Of a DNA stretch of 64,000 nucleotides, positions 38,519-48,146 are shown one piece after another. The notes under the pieces were generated by a model. It saw nothing but the letters and a program-made list of their open reading frames with translations. It was not told the DNA's origin and did not search any database. Position 1 is the stretch's first letter. Every line of letters starts with the position of its first letter. The position numbers and the translations under genes were made by a program. This DNA is from a bacterium (GTDB taxonomy: Bacteria; Zhuqueibacterota; Zhuqueibacteria; Residuimicrobiales; Krinioviventaceae): the NCBI GenBank assembly GCA_963675755.2, contig CAXXMD010000003.1:192001-256000 (forward strand), in the 5' to 3' direction.

Positions 38519-40755
38519 TGAATTCAATGAAACGTTATTTAATATATCTACTAGCTATTCCACTCCTGATTATTAATTGTGGTCCGGGAGAGCAGCCCAT
38601 AACACTCATCAGTCCAAGCCAGATTTGCACTATTGTACTTGATCTGGGGAATTATGATGATGTCGTAAAAGCAAGTCAGGCTACAGATCAAAAAAATATC
38701 ACCCTTGACAGTCTTGACCAGGCTATTGCTATACACGCTTATGCTGCTCGTGAACTACAACACTATCTGGCTAAAATGCTGGAGTTGAGTACGCACGAGA
38801 TCCCCATTGTTGACGATAATAATATACCGGATGGCCCTATTATTTTTATTGGCTCCCCCCGTTCCGGAGGCAAACGCGAAGCAGTATACAAAAAATTGAG
38901 AAAACGCTGGAAAAAAACAAAATCCAAATCTCTGCAATGTTTTCGTCAGGATACTTTTTGGTTCAAGGAATCGCAAGACTTTTTGGTATTGAGTGGACGT
39001 ACCCCAACCGCGGTTCTCTATTCAGTATATGATTTTCTGGACAGGTTGGGTGTTCGCTGGATTTCCCCACAAGCCAGTGGTGAGATTGTGCCTAAACAGG
39101 GTGGCCTGGTCCTTCAACCCATTGCCAGATATTTTACACCGCAAATGAGACTACGTGGTTTTCTATATGATTATTTGGGAGAGATCCCAGCCTCGCAGCA
39201 ACTCACACCCGAATTTTTAACCTGGATGGGCAGAAACAGATTAAACCTGGCTAAATACAGTGACTCTACCAGGTATCTGTACAACAAACTGGGGATCAAA
39301 ACCACCAATGGCGATACCGAGCTCCTGAAAATGGCACTAAATCCGGATGCACCCTATCCTTACAAGCATAAAAATTTTGAGAATCCGGGAACATCAGAAC
39401 CGGATCCATACCCATTATCATCACAATTTGCTGGAGATCGGAATAACGATAATAACCTGTCTTATTTTGAAGCGCACCCGGAATGGTACCTGGTATCTTC
39501 CAAAGAACCAGTATTGTGCGTTTCTCAAAACACATTCATGTCAGAAATATTAAAACAAATTCAAAACCGTCTTGCAAACCAATGGAAAAACATTGATTAT
39601 ATAGAATTGTATAATATTAATCAATTGCCGTGGTGCTCTTGCAACGAATGCAGCAACCTGGGTAACGATACCAATAAATGGTTATACATGCTGCAAATTG
39701 TAAACACAGAAATCCAAAAATCAGCATACCCGAAAAAAATCATCGGACTGAATGACAAATATACAGTATCCCCCCCTGACCAGGAATTGCACGGCTTTGA
39801 TTATGATAACATCCAGGTATTCATCAGTCCTCACCATCGGTGTTACAACCACACTCTTTACGATGAAAAATGCAAAGTAAACTATAATATTGTGGAAATG
39901 TTACATAGCTGGCAAAACCAAAACAGCAATTTTGAAAACAGTATAAATGTTTGCGAATTGTATAATAACAGAGATTTTCAAAATCTGCCTTTATTATTTA
40001 CAACCGCCATGAACCTTGATATGCCCTTGTATCATGAACTCGGGATTAAAGGTATGGCCACTGAAAATCCATGGGTAACAAATGGTGGTGCTAATAATTT
40101 CATGAACTATCAATTGGCGCGACAAACCTGGCGTCAGCATGTGGATCTCGACTCTTTAAAAATAGAGTATATTGTTAACCAGTATCCTGGTGCATATCAG
40201 TTGATGCAAGAATATTACAATAAAATTGAAGAAGCCATGGCAAATATTGCCGCATGGAAATGGGACCTAGCAGATCAGGTTAACCGGGTTATTCTGGATT
40301 CTACCGCCCAGACGCTCTTACCCCTTGAAAATTTTGCAGATCATTTCACGCTCGATGAAACAACTTCCAATCCTCAAACAGGAACAAATTGGGAACGGAC
40401 ATATCAATTGATTTACGAGGTGCAATATATTCTGTACGAAGCACTGACAGGAGATATACCGCCACAAACCCAAAAGAGATTACTGGAATTGAATCAACAA
40501 AAGAAATATTCAGAATTAATGGTCAACCTGTACGACAATGTGATACGTTCGATGACCCTGGGACAAGATGAACCTGAAATGAAAATTGAATCTCTGATTC
40601 GTTTGGAAGAAATTGAGAACGAATTAAAAGATTTTACCATTACAGAGCCGGCCTTTGGTATAAAAAACGGACTTGAATCGTCTGGCATCCAAAAAGCAGT
40701 GAACCAACTGGTAATGGATAATCAGTCTGTAATCAATAAATACAAAACTCCATAG
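38518..40755 (+). CDS. DUF4838-like lipoprotein (GH20/GH67-like N-terminal domain)
   Basis: Lipobox LIINC; AARELQHYL..M, YSVYDFLDRLGVRW, WMGRNRLN, HPEWY, LCVS, WCSCNEC. Confidence 0.7.
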   Translation: MNSMKRYLIYLLAIPLLIINCGPGEQPITLISPSQICTIVLDLGNYDDVVKASQATDQKNITLDSLDQAIAIHAYAARELQHYLAKMLELSTHEIPIVDDNNIPDGPIIFIGSPRSGGKREAVYKKLRKRWKKTKSKSLQCFRQDTFWFKESQDFLVLSGRTPTAVLYSVYDFLDRLGVRWISPQASGEIVPKQGGLVLQPIARYFTPQMRLRGFLYDYLGEIPASQQLTPEFLTWMGRNRLNLAKYSDSTRYLYNKLGIKTTNGDTELLKMALNPDAPYPYKHKNFENPGTSEPDPYPLSSQFAGDRNNDNNLSYFEAHPEWYLVSSKEPVLCVSQNTFMSEILKQIQNRLANQWKNIDYIELYNINQLPWCSCNECSNLGNDTNKWLYMLQIVNTEIQKSAYPKKIIGLNDKYTVSPPDQELHGFDYDNIQVFISPHHRCYNHTLYDEKCKVNYNIVEMLHSWQNQNSNFENSINVCELYNNRDFQNLPLLFTTAMNLDMPLYHELGIKGMATENPWVTNGGANNFMNYQLARQTWRQHVDLDSLKIEYIVNQYPGAYQLMQEYYNKIEEAMANIAAWKWDLADQVNRVILDSTAQTLLPLENFADHFTLDETTSNPQTGTNWERTYQLIYEVQYILYEALTGDIPPQTQKRLLELNQQKKYSELMVNLYDNVIRSMTLGQDEPEMKIESLIRLEEIENELKDFTITEPAFGIKNGLESSGIQKAVNQLVMDNQSVINKYKTP

Positions 40756-40816
40756 TTCCTTGTAAACGCATTCAAGGATCCGTTCGTCTAAATATTGATA
40801 ACCAAATTCAAGGACT

Positions 40817-41737
40817 ATGAAACAGCTATATACACATATATTCATTCTGGCACTGGTGCTGACATCATGCACCTTTGCCCCAATATTCGTTTATGAATGG
40901 GGCCCGGATGAGACTTATAACTTGCCCGGTTCATATAATCAGCTCAACACGGTTTTAACCGATTCTTCCGGCAGACAATGGACACTCTATGCCTCTAACG
41001 CATATGGCTTTTGGGAATTCTGGATGGCCTGGGCTGACAAAGACGGTGACTGGTCAAGACCGGTTTATTCGGGTATTCCTTCCAATCCCAATTATTATTA
41101 TGAATGGGATATCATAGAGCCCAACAAGTTTAATATTAAGCGCACATGGAATGGTGGCAGAGAAACGTTTTACCAGAGGATGATGTACGATCCCAAAGTA
41201 AAAGACTATACAATAAACAAATCTGATATTTATTATGATACCGATGCCGATGGTTTGACCGATTATTCCGAATACGTCTTGCTAACCGACCCTCTTGATA
41301 ATGATACAGATGGCGACGGAAAAGCTGATGGTTTTGATTCAAATCCGCTTGCAGGCCCCCCTGACGATTCTTTGTCAGAACATGCAAAATTGCACAAATA
41401 TATTATTGAAAGACAATTATATCTGTTTGACACCAAACGTCTGGTTATTGTTGAACAATTTGAAAACACTCCCATGGAATACAAACGCCGGGATGGCCTT
41501 GTGCTGAGTCTATCGTCAGATGAATGCGACAGTTATCTGGACAATTTTGGCTATGGAACTCCCATCATGACAGCATCAATCAAGGATACGCTTAGCTATT
41601 ACCTTGTTAATTACCAGCTATACATAGATCCGGATACAGCATTTGGTTTTGATGCTCTGTATCGGTGGAGCGATAAATACAAACAATTTGTTCGCAAAAA
41701 GACCCTTTACAACTGGGAATCCGTACCGAGACGTTAA
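40817..41737 (+). CDS. Lipoprotein with thrombospondin type-3-like Ca-binding repeats
   Basis: Lipobox LTSC; DTDADGLTDYSE...TDPLDNDTDGDGKADG.D.NPL. Confidence 0.7.
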   Translation: MKQLYTHIFILALVLTSCTFAPIFVYEWGPDETYNLPGSYNQLNTVLTDSSGRQWTLYASNAYGFWEFWMAWADKDGDWSRPVYSGIPSNPNYYYEWDIIEPNKFNIKRTWNGGRETFYQRMMYDPKVKDYTINKSDIYYDTDADGLTDYSEYVLLTDPLDNDTDGDGKADGFDSNPLAGPPDDSLSEHAKLHKYIIERQLYLFDTKRLVIVEQFENTPMEYKRRDGLVLSLSSDECDSYLDNFGYGTPIMTASIKDTLSYYLVNYQLYIDPDTAFGFDALYRWSDKYKQFVRKKTLYNWESVPRR

Positions 41738-41748
41738 GTTTCCCCGTT

Positions 41749-42852
41749 TTACATCATGTTTTCAAAACAATTGTCATAGTGTTCAATGATATTCTGCCAA
41801 TCAAAAGGCGCAGCAATCTCTCTATAGGTGCTTGTTTTAATCTTTTCAATATTCTCGATTGCATTTTTAACTCTGCTGAATAAATCCTGGTTATCAGTAT
41901 ATATAATTTCATTACGGAACGATTCCGGGACCAATTCCGGATAAGAGAGTCGGTCAGGCAACAGTGGAAAACATCCACAATAGACAGCTTCCATAACACT
42001 GGCGCCAAAAAAATCATGAAATGAAGTAACCGGAAGAATATCTGCCTGCCATAACCAGTGAGCATAATCCTCAAATGACTCTACAAATCCCATATGCACA
42101 ATTTTATCCCGTAACCGTTCTTTTGCCTTGTTGAATATTTCAGGATTCTTGCTAAAATTCTCACCCAGTACTGCAACATTAAAATCGAAACCCGCGTTAT
42201 CAAGATCAAACAAGCACTTAAAAAAATCTTCCGGATTTTTATCAAATTCCCAGCGGTGGTTCCACAAGATCAAGGGTTTATCTTTGCTAAAATCATCAGG
42301 CCTGTATGCATCAAATTTCTGCAGATCAAGACCCAGAGATAACACCTCTGCTTTTACTTTAATCACATCAATACTGCCCATTTCATTATAATCCGGAAAA
42401 TGTTTAAGGAATCGTGGCAATTCTGCCAAAAAACTGTCACAATTAAACCGCGAATTAAAAAATACACGATCAGCGGCAAGAGCTGAAGCATAATTGATGA
42501 ATCCATAGTGCCGGTCCCGTTTGTATTTCACATCCCTGTCATAGGGAGACCACGGGTAAACCAGCTGGTTTTCGTGACAATACAATGCTACCGGAATGTC
42601 GGTAGTTTGTTTGCGGGTCAGAGCCAAAAAAGTTGAAAGGTCAAGCATATCTGTTGCGATTATGAGATCGGGTTTCAACTTTTGCTCCAAAAATTGACGT
42701 GCAAGGGTAACTGCGCCACCATGCATTCGCCATTTCCAGAACTGCCCCTTCATTGACAGAATGTCAATCTTGTGCGAACTGTATTGCTGCAGACCGTTGG
42801 CCCAGTCTGCATGAGAGCCGGTAAAATAGGGTTCAATGAGTAAAATATCCAA
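41749..42852 (-). CDS. DUF3524/GTDC1-like GT-B glycosyltransferase
   Basis: IEPYFTGSH, WKWRMHGGA, YCHENQLVYP, FNSRFN, LWNHRWEFDKNP, HDFFGASVMEA, RLSYPEL; probable TTG start at 42852 after AGGA. Confidence 0.85.
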   Translation of the reverse strand: MDILLIEPYFTGSHADWANGLQQYSSHKIDILSMKGQFWKWRMHGGAVTLARQFLEQKLKPDLIIATDMLDLSTFLALTRKQTTDIPVALYCHENQLVYPWSPYDRDVKYKRDRHYGFINYASALAADRVFFNSRFNCDSFLAELPRFLKHFPDYNEMGSIDVIKVKAEVLSLGLDLQKFDAYRPDDFSKDKPLILWNHRWEFDKNPEDFFKCLFDLDNAGFDFNVAVLGENFSKNPEIFNKAKERLRDKIVHMGFVESFEDYAHWLWQADILPVTSFHDFFGASVMEAVYCGCFPLLPDRLSYPELVPESFRNEIIYTDNQDLFSRVKNAIENIEKIKTSTYREIAAPFDWQNIIEHYDNCFENMM

Positions 42853-43118
42853 AATCAATCCTGAAAAAATTTTAAAATCCATAGTAAGGTATATAACATA
42901 GAGTATTAAAAACAAAAATCAAAGTCTGATTTAATTTTTTTTAATTATCTGGCATTTTTTTAATCCCAGATAATACGTATAAATCCAATTGGTTACGAAT
43001 TTAGGAATAACAATAAATCCCTTCGTGTTATAAAAGCCGAATTCGGAGGTGCTATTTTCAAAATGAAATATTTTACAGAAATAACTGTTTATTAACAGAT
43101 TATTTTTCTCCAAAGCAC

Positions 43119-43132
43119 TTGAACCGGTTCAA
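43119..43132. promoter_or_regulatory. Perfect 14-bp palindrome TTGAACCGGTTCAA upstream of pntA
   Basis: Seen directly about 57 bp before the pntA start; CG-centred, like LacI/GalR operators. Confidence 0.5.
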
Positions 43133-43188
43133 ATTCTTTATAAACAATTACACAGAATCATAAACCATAGATTCGACAAGGAGTTATA

Positions 43189-44340
43189 ATGAAAATCGCA
43201 GTCCCCAAAGAGATCCTTCCCGGCGAAGAGCGGGTAGCCCTTGTTCCCGCTGTTGTCGGAAAATTGGTAAAATCGGAATACGATGTTGCTGTCGAAACCG
43301 GAGCCGGTACAGCGTCTGGTTATACGGACGAGCAATATAAAGAAGCAGGTGCTTCTATTGCCAACTCTGTATCCGAGCTGTATAACGGGGCCAATGTTAT
43401 ACTCAAAGTTCGCCCACCGGTAGAACATCCAACAGAAAAGAAACATGAAGCCGAGCTCATGCCGGACGGTTCTTTGTTGATCAGCTTTTTAGAGATTCTC
43501 AGGAATCCCGCAATTGCAGAAACGTTGGCAAAAAACAAGGTCAATTCCTTGAGCATGGATACAGTCCCTCGTATCAGCCGCGCCCAAAGTATGGATGCGC
43601 TGTCTTCACAGGCATCAGCAGCCGGTTATAAAGCCGTATTGATCGCCGCTGAAAACTCGCACAAATTCTTTCCCATGCTTACAACCGCAGCAGGTACTAT
43701 CCCTCCTGCCAAAGTTTTTGTCATTGGTGCAGGTGTTGCCGGTTTACAGGCCATTGCTACAGCTAAACGCCTGGGTGCCACCGTAGAAGGATTTGATATT
43801 CGTCCTGCAGCCAAAGGCGAAGTGGAAAGTCTGGGTGCCAAATTCGTAGAGGTAGACCTGGGAGAATCCACAGAAGCAGGCGGCGGCTATGCCAAAGAAG
43901 TGTCTGAAGAAGCCAAAAAGAAAGAACATGAAGCAGTACATAAACATGTAGCCATGTCTGATATTGTCATCACAACTGCTGCGGTGCCCGGTAAAAAAGC
44001 GCCCTTGCTGGTTACAACAGATATGGTTAAAGATATGAAACCCGGCAGCGTCATCGTTGATATGGCAGTTGAACAGGGAGGAAATGTTGAAGGTTCAAAA
44101 CCCGGTGAAATAGTTGACTTGAATGGTGTAAACATTATTGGGCCGGTGAACCTGCCTAGCAAAATGTCAATTCATACAAGCATGATGTATGCTAAAAATA
44201 TAACGTCGTTGTTAAACCTGCTCCTCAAAGAAGGAGAGGTTGTATTTGACTTTGAAGATGAAATCATCAAAGACAGTTGTATAACCCATAACGGCGATAT
44301 AGTTCACGAACAAACCAGACAGTTATTATCAAATGCATAA
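43189..44340 (+). CDS. pntA: NAD(P) transhydrogenase alpha subunit part 1 (domain I)
   Basis: MKIAVPKE...EERVA, PRISRAQSMDALSSQ, AGYKAV, GAGVAGLQAIATAKRLGA, GGGYAKE. Confidence 0.96.
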   Translation: MKIAVPKEILPGEERVALVPAVVGKLVKSEYDVAVETGAGTASGYTDEQYKEAGASIANSVSELYNGANVILKVRPPVEHPTEKKHEAELMPDGSLLISFLEILRNPAIAETLAKNKVNSLSMDTVPRISRAQSMDALSSQASAAGYKAVLIAAENSHKFFPMLTTAAGTIPPAKVFVIGAGVAGLQAIATAKRLGATVEGFDIRPAAKGEVESLGAKFVEVDLGESTEAGGGYAKEVSEEAKKKEHEAVHKHVAMSDIVITTAAVPGKKAPLLVTTDMVKDMKPGSVIVDMAVEQGGNVEGSKPGEIVDLNGVNIIGPVNLPSKMSIHTSMMYAKNITSLLNLLLKEGEVVFDFEDEIIKDSCITHNGDIVHEQTRQLLSNA

Positions 44341-44354
44341 GAAAGGAAAGTTGT

Positions 44355-44639
44355 ATGCCTGAACAATTATTAATGGGTATAACCGTTTTTGTGTTAGCCA
44401 TGTTTGTCGGCTTTGAAGTTATAACCAAAGTGCCGCCAACGTTGCATACACCACTCATGTCTGGTGCAAATGCAATTTCCGGTATTGCCATTATTGGCGC
44501 GCTGTTGGTTACAGGCCGCACAGATTTTTATCTTGAACTTGTACTAGGTGTAGTTGCTGTTGTTTTTGCCACCATAAATGTTGTAGGTGGTTTTCTAGTC
44601 ACAGACCGAATGTTGCAAATGTTTAAAAAGAAAAAGTGA
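44355..44639 (+). CDS. pntA: NAD(P) transhydrogenase alpha subunit part 2 (membrane)
   Basis: VPPTLHTPLMSGANAISG, INVVGGFLVTDRMLQMF. Confidence 0.95.
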   Translation: MPEQLLMGITVFVLAMFVGFEVITKVPPTLHTPLMSGANAISGIAIIGALLVTGRTDFYLELVLGVVAVVFATINVVGGFLVTDRMLQMFKKKK

Positions 44640-44649
44640 GAAATAAATT

Positions 44650-46050
44650 ATGGATGGTTTATCAACGTTTATTACCCTGTCCTATTTGTTATCAGCTGCG
44701 CTGTTCATATTAGGACTCAAGTATATGAGTTCTCCGGCAAGTGCCCGCCGGGGAAACCTGTTGGCCGCAATTGCCATGTTTATTGCGATTGTTGTAACTT
44801 TGCTCGATCGGCAAATCCTTAGCTACTCGTGGATCATTGTCGGTATCATTATTGGTTCAGTCATTGGCGCTGTTGCTGCCCGTCTGGTAAAAATGACTGC
44901 AATGCCAGAAATGGTAGGTATTTTTAATGGATTTGGTGGTGGTGCCTCTGCACTGGTAGCTATTGCTGAATTTATTCGCTTGACCGCAGAGCCCAACCCG
45001 GTAATTCCTATGGATATTTCCATTACCACAATCCTGGGTGTTATCATTGGTGGTATTACCTTTAGCGGCAGTTTTATTGCCTGGGGTAAACTGGCAGGCT
45101 TTATATCTGGTTCTCCCATTACTTTTCCATTACAAAAAGTGGTCAGCTCATTGGTAATGGCTGCTGCGGTTGTCATTTCCGTTTATATTATTGGCTGGGT
45201 ACCAGACATTGTATTGTTTTATGTAATTATTGGTTTATCTCTACTCTATGGTGTACTCTTGGTTATCCCAATCGGTGGTGCAGATATGCCGGTTGTGGTT
45301 TCACTATTAAACTCTTTTTCAGGTCTGGCAGCCTGTGCAGCAGGATTTGTAGTGGGTAACAATATTCTCATCATTGCGGGTTCCCTTGTTGGTTCCGCAG
45401 GTTTAATATTAACCCAGATCATGTGTAAAGCCATGAACCGTTCACTTACCAATGTACTCTTTAGCGCATTTGGTACAGGTGACATGGCCGCAGGCAGTAC
45501 CGAAGCAGGCGGCGACAAGTCAGCTCACTCGGTTGATGCTGAAGAGGCGTCTATGGTCATTGGCTATGCTCAGTCTGTTATTATTGTACCGGGCTATGGT
45601 ATGGCTGCTGCCCAGGCACAACACGCAGTACGTGAACTTACAGAGCTTCTTGAAAGCCGGGGCGTTGAAGTAAAATTTGCCGTTCACCCGGTTGCCGGTC
45701 GTATGCCGGGGCATATGAATGTATTACTGGCAGAAGCAAATGTTCCTTATAATTTGCTGCATGACATGGATGATATCAATCCGGAATTCCCGCATACAGA
45801 TGTTGTGCTGGTTATTGGCGCGAATGACGTTATCAATCCCGCAGCGCGCGAAGACAAGTCCAGTCCCATTTATGGAATGCCAATCCTGGATGTAGACAAG
45901 GCCCGTAATGTAATCATTATCAAGCGTAGTCTAAACCCGGGGTTTGCCGGTATTGATAATGAATTATTTTACGCTCCTAAAACACTCATGTTTTTTGGCG
46001 GTGCCCGTCAGGCAGTTCAGGAAATTGTAAGCGAAGTCAAAAAATTATAA
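44650..46050 (+). CDS. pntB: NAD(P) transhydrogenase beta subunit
   Basis: MTAMPEMV, IGGADMPVVVSLLNS, CKAMNRS, VPGYGMA, HPVAGRMPGHMNVLLAEA, GANDVINPAA. Confidence 0.97.
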   Translation: MDGLSTFITLSYLLSAALFILGLKYMSSPASARRGNLLAAIAMFIAIVVTLLDRQILSYSWIIVGIIIGSVIGAVAARLVKMTAMPEMVGIFNGFGGGASALVAIAEFIRLTAEPNPVIPMDISITTILGVIIGGITFSGSFIAWGKLAGFISGSPITFPLQKVVSSLVMAAAVVISVYIIGWVPDIVLFYVIIGLSLLYGVLLVIPIGGADMPVVVSLLNSFSGLAACAAGFVVGNNILIIAGSLVGSAGLILTQIMCKAMNRSLTNVLFSAFGTGDMAAGSTEAGGDKSAHSVDAEEASMVIGYAQSVIIVPGYGMAAAQAQHAVRELTELLESRGVEVKFAVHPVAGRMPGHMNVLLAEANVPYNLLHDMDDINPEFPHTDVVLVIGANDVINPAAREDKSSPIYGMPILDVDKARNVIIIKRSLNPGFAGIDNELFYAPKTLMFFGGARQAVQEIVSEVKKL

Positions 46051-46076
46051 ATCCTTTCTTTACACTACCCAACTCG

Positions 46077-46105
46077 AAAAAAGCCGGCCTTGCCCGGCTT
46101 TTTTT
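46077..46105 (+). terminator. Intrinsic terminator of the pnt operon
   Basis: aaaaaagccgg / ccggctttttt. Confidence 0.8.
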
Positions 46106-46116
46106 CTGCCACAAAA

Positions 46117-46144
46117 TGACAAAATGTCGTGCGACATTTTGTCA
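46117..46144. promoter_or_regulatory. 13-bp-arm inverted repeat, candidate activator site for hsp20
   Basis: tgacaaaatgtcg-tg-cgacattttgtca, about 110 bp upstream of a sigma54-like promoter. Confidence 0.6.
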
Positions 46145-46252
46145 AAAGCACGTCTATTTGTCTTAAAGTCTGCCACCACCAAAACACCATAAAAAATTCA
46201 AAATAGCCATAAACTATTATTTAATATACACTTATCATATTGTTAGATTTTT

Positions 46253-46268
46253 TGGCACGCGAGTTGTA
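46253..46268 (+). promoter_or_regulatory. Sigma54-like promoter of hsp20
   Basis: TGGCACG-CGAG-TTGTA: perfect -24 box and spacing, C-to-T change in the -12 box. Confidence 0.6.
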
Positions 46269-46321
46269 TAATACCGAGTAGAAAACGAAATAAAAATAAT
46301 ATCAATATAAAGGAGAACATT

Positions 46322-46759
46322 ATGTATCTAGTAAGACGTAACAACCCGGCAAACACTTTTCCACGCAACTTTGATCGTTTCTTTGAAGATTTTTGGAATG
46401 CACCCGCAGCACGTGATTACGATCAGGATTCTGTAGTTTGGTCACCACGCGTAGATGTCAAAGAAACCAAAGATGCATATGAAGTTCTGGCTGATTTGCC
46501 AGGCTTGAAAAAAGAAGATATTTCTATTTCTCTTCACAACGATGTTTTGACTCTAAAAGGTGAACGGAAATACGAAGATAAAAAAGAAGATGAAAACAGC
46601 TATTATGCTGAACGTTCATATGGAAGCTTTTGCAGATCTTTCCAATTGCCTGCAAAAGTAAATACAGATAGTGTAAATGCAGAATACAAAGATGGTGTTT
46701 TGCACTTGTCAATCCCCAAAGCTGAAGAAGCTAAACCCCGCGATATTCAAATCAAATAA
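46322..46759 (+). CDS. Hsp20/alpha-crystallin small heat shock protein
   Basis: PRVDVKET, DLPGLKKEDI, LTLKGER, ERSYGSFCRSFQLP, AEYKDGVLHLSIPK; AAGGAG RBS. Confidence 0.96.
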   Translation: MYLVRRNNPANTFPRNFDRFFEDFWNAPAARDYDQDSVVWSPRVDVKETKDAYEVLADLPGLKKEDISISLHNDVLTLKGERKYEDKKEDENSYYAERSYGSFCRSFQLPAKVNTDSVNAEYKDGVLHLSIPKAEEAKPRDIQIK

Positions 46760-46763
46760 CCTC

Positions 46764-46790
46764 AAGCCCCCGAAAGGGGGCTTTTTTTTT
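46764..46790 (+). terminator. Intrinsic terminator with GAAA tetraloop
   Basis: aagccccc-gaaa-gggggctt plus T-run. Confidence 0.9.
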
Positions 46791-46862
46791 GCACAATACT
46801 CTTAAAAAAACACTTTTTTTTTGAATCCTTTTACATCATACTTCATCAAACTATATAGGAAC

Positions 46863-46880
46863 CTGTAAAATAATTCACAG
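46863..46880. promoter_or_regulatory. Candidate Rex operator upstream of sqr
   Basis: CTGTAAA-ATAA-TTCACAG versus the Rex consensus TTGTGAA-N4-TTCACAA; arms are one base from a perfect inverted repeat. Confidence 0.45.
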
Positions 46881-46907
46881 CTTTTTCAGATCAACTGAGA
46901 GGTCGTT

Positions 46908-48137
46908 ATGAAAAAAGTGTTAATTTTAGGTGCCGGAACTGCCGGTACAATTATGGCGAACAAACTGAGTCAGCATCTACCATTAGATCAATGGGAAATC
47001 ACCATCGTTGACAAGGAAGAAAATCACTATTATCAACCCGGTTTTTTATTTATACCCTTTAACATATACACACGCAATGATGTTATTAAACCCAAACGAG
47101 ATTATTTACCATCAAACGTTATTGTTGAAATGTCAGGAATTGAGGTCATTGAGCCAGAGAATAATCGTGTAAAACTCACGAACAACAAAGTTCTGGGTTA
47201 CGACTATCTCATTATCGCAACCGGTTCGAACGTCCACCCTGAAGAAACTGAAGGTTTAAAAAACGGCAAATGGAATGAAAATATATTTGAATTTTACACA
47301 CTGGACGGTTCGTGCCATTTACAAAAAGCGCTTAAACATTGGGAAGGCGGCAGACTTGCAGTAAATATTGTAGAAATGCCAATTAAATGCCCTGTAGCTC
47401 CACTCGAATTTTTGTTCCTTGCCGACTGGTGGTTTACCGAAAAAGGAATTCGTGATAAAGTGGATCTGACTTTTGTCACCCCCATGCCCGGTGCTTTTAC
47501 AAAACCAAAGGCATCTCAAATTTTAAATTCTTTTCTGGACAAGAAAAATATAAACCTGGTGTCTGAATTCAGTACCGGGTCTGTAAATGCAGATAAAAAT
47601 AAATTAACATCATGGGACGAGCGTGAAGTTGAATACGACTTGCTGGTAACGGTCCCCACCAATATGGGTGACGATTTAATAGCGCGTTCCGATATGGGTG
47701 ACGATTTAAACTTTGTACCCACTAACAAACATACACTGCAATCCAATGATTATGAAAATATTTTCGTCATTGGAGACGCAACAGACCTGCCAAGTTCAAA
47801 AGCTGGTTCCGTTGCGCATTTCCAGGCAGATGTTTTAACAGAAAACTTTATGAGACATATAGATGGTCTCCCCCTTCTTGAAGATTTTGATGGTCACGCC
47901 AACTGTTTTATTGAATCCGGATTTGGTAAAGGCTTGTTAATTGATTTTAATTATGATGTAGAACCCCTGCCAGGCAAATTCCCCTTGCCCGGTGTTGGTC
48001 CTTTTTCACTGTTGCAGGAAACCCAAATGAACCACTGGGGCAAAATGATGTTTAGATGGATTTACTGGAATTTATTACTCAAAGGTTCTGAACTCCCCAT
48101 ACAGGCACAGATGCAAATGGCCGGGAAAAAGGGTTAG
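46908..48137 (+). CDS. sqr: Sulfide:quinone oxidoreductase (type III-like flavoprotein disulfide reductase)
   Basis: ILGAGTAG, HYYQPG, IKCPVAPLEF, IGDATDLPSSKAGSVAHF, FDGHANCFIESG, C-terminal HWGKMMFRWIYW. Confidence 0.88.
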   Translation: MKKVLILGAGTAGTIMANKLSQHLPLDQWEITIVDKEENHYYQPGFLFIPFNIYTRNDVIKPKRDYLPSNVIVEMSGIEVIEPENNRVKLTNNKVLGYDYLIIATGSNVHPEETEGLKNGKWNENIFEFYTLDGSCHLQKALKHWEGGRLAVNIVEMPIKCPVAPLEFLFLADWWFTEKGIRDKVDLTFVTPMPGAFTKPKASQILNSFLDKKNINLVSEFSTGSVNADKNKLTSWDEREVEYDLLVTVPTNMGDDLIARSDMGDDLNFVPTNKHTLQSNDYENIFVIGDATDLPSSKAGSVAHFQADVLTENFMRHIDGLPLLEDFDGHANCFIESGFGKGLLIDFNYDVEPLPGKFPLPGVGPFSLLQETQMNHWGKMMFRWIYWNLLLKGSELPIQAQMQMAGKKG

Positions 48138-48146
48138 GGGGCTATT

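Noticed and set aside
43061-43078. Rex-like site upstream of pntA (aaatgaaatattttacag)
   Set aside because: Five mismatches to the consensus in a very AT-rich region.
47662-47709. 18-bp direct repeat atatgggtgacgatttaa, 30 bp apart
   Set aside because: In-frame inside sqr (MGDDL twice). Only two copies, so not a CRISPR array or att site.
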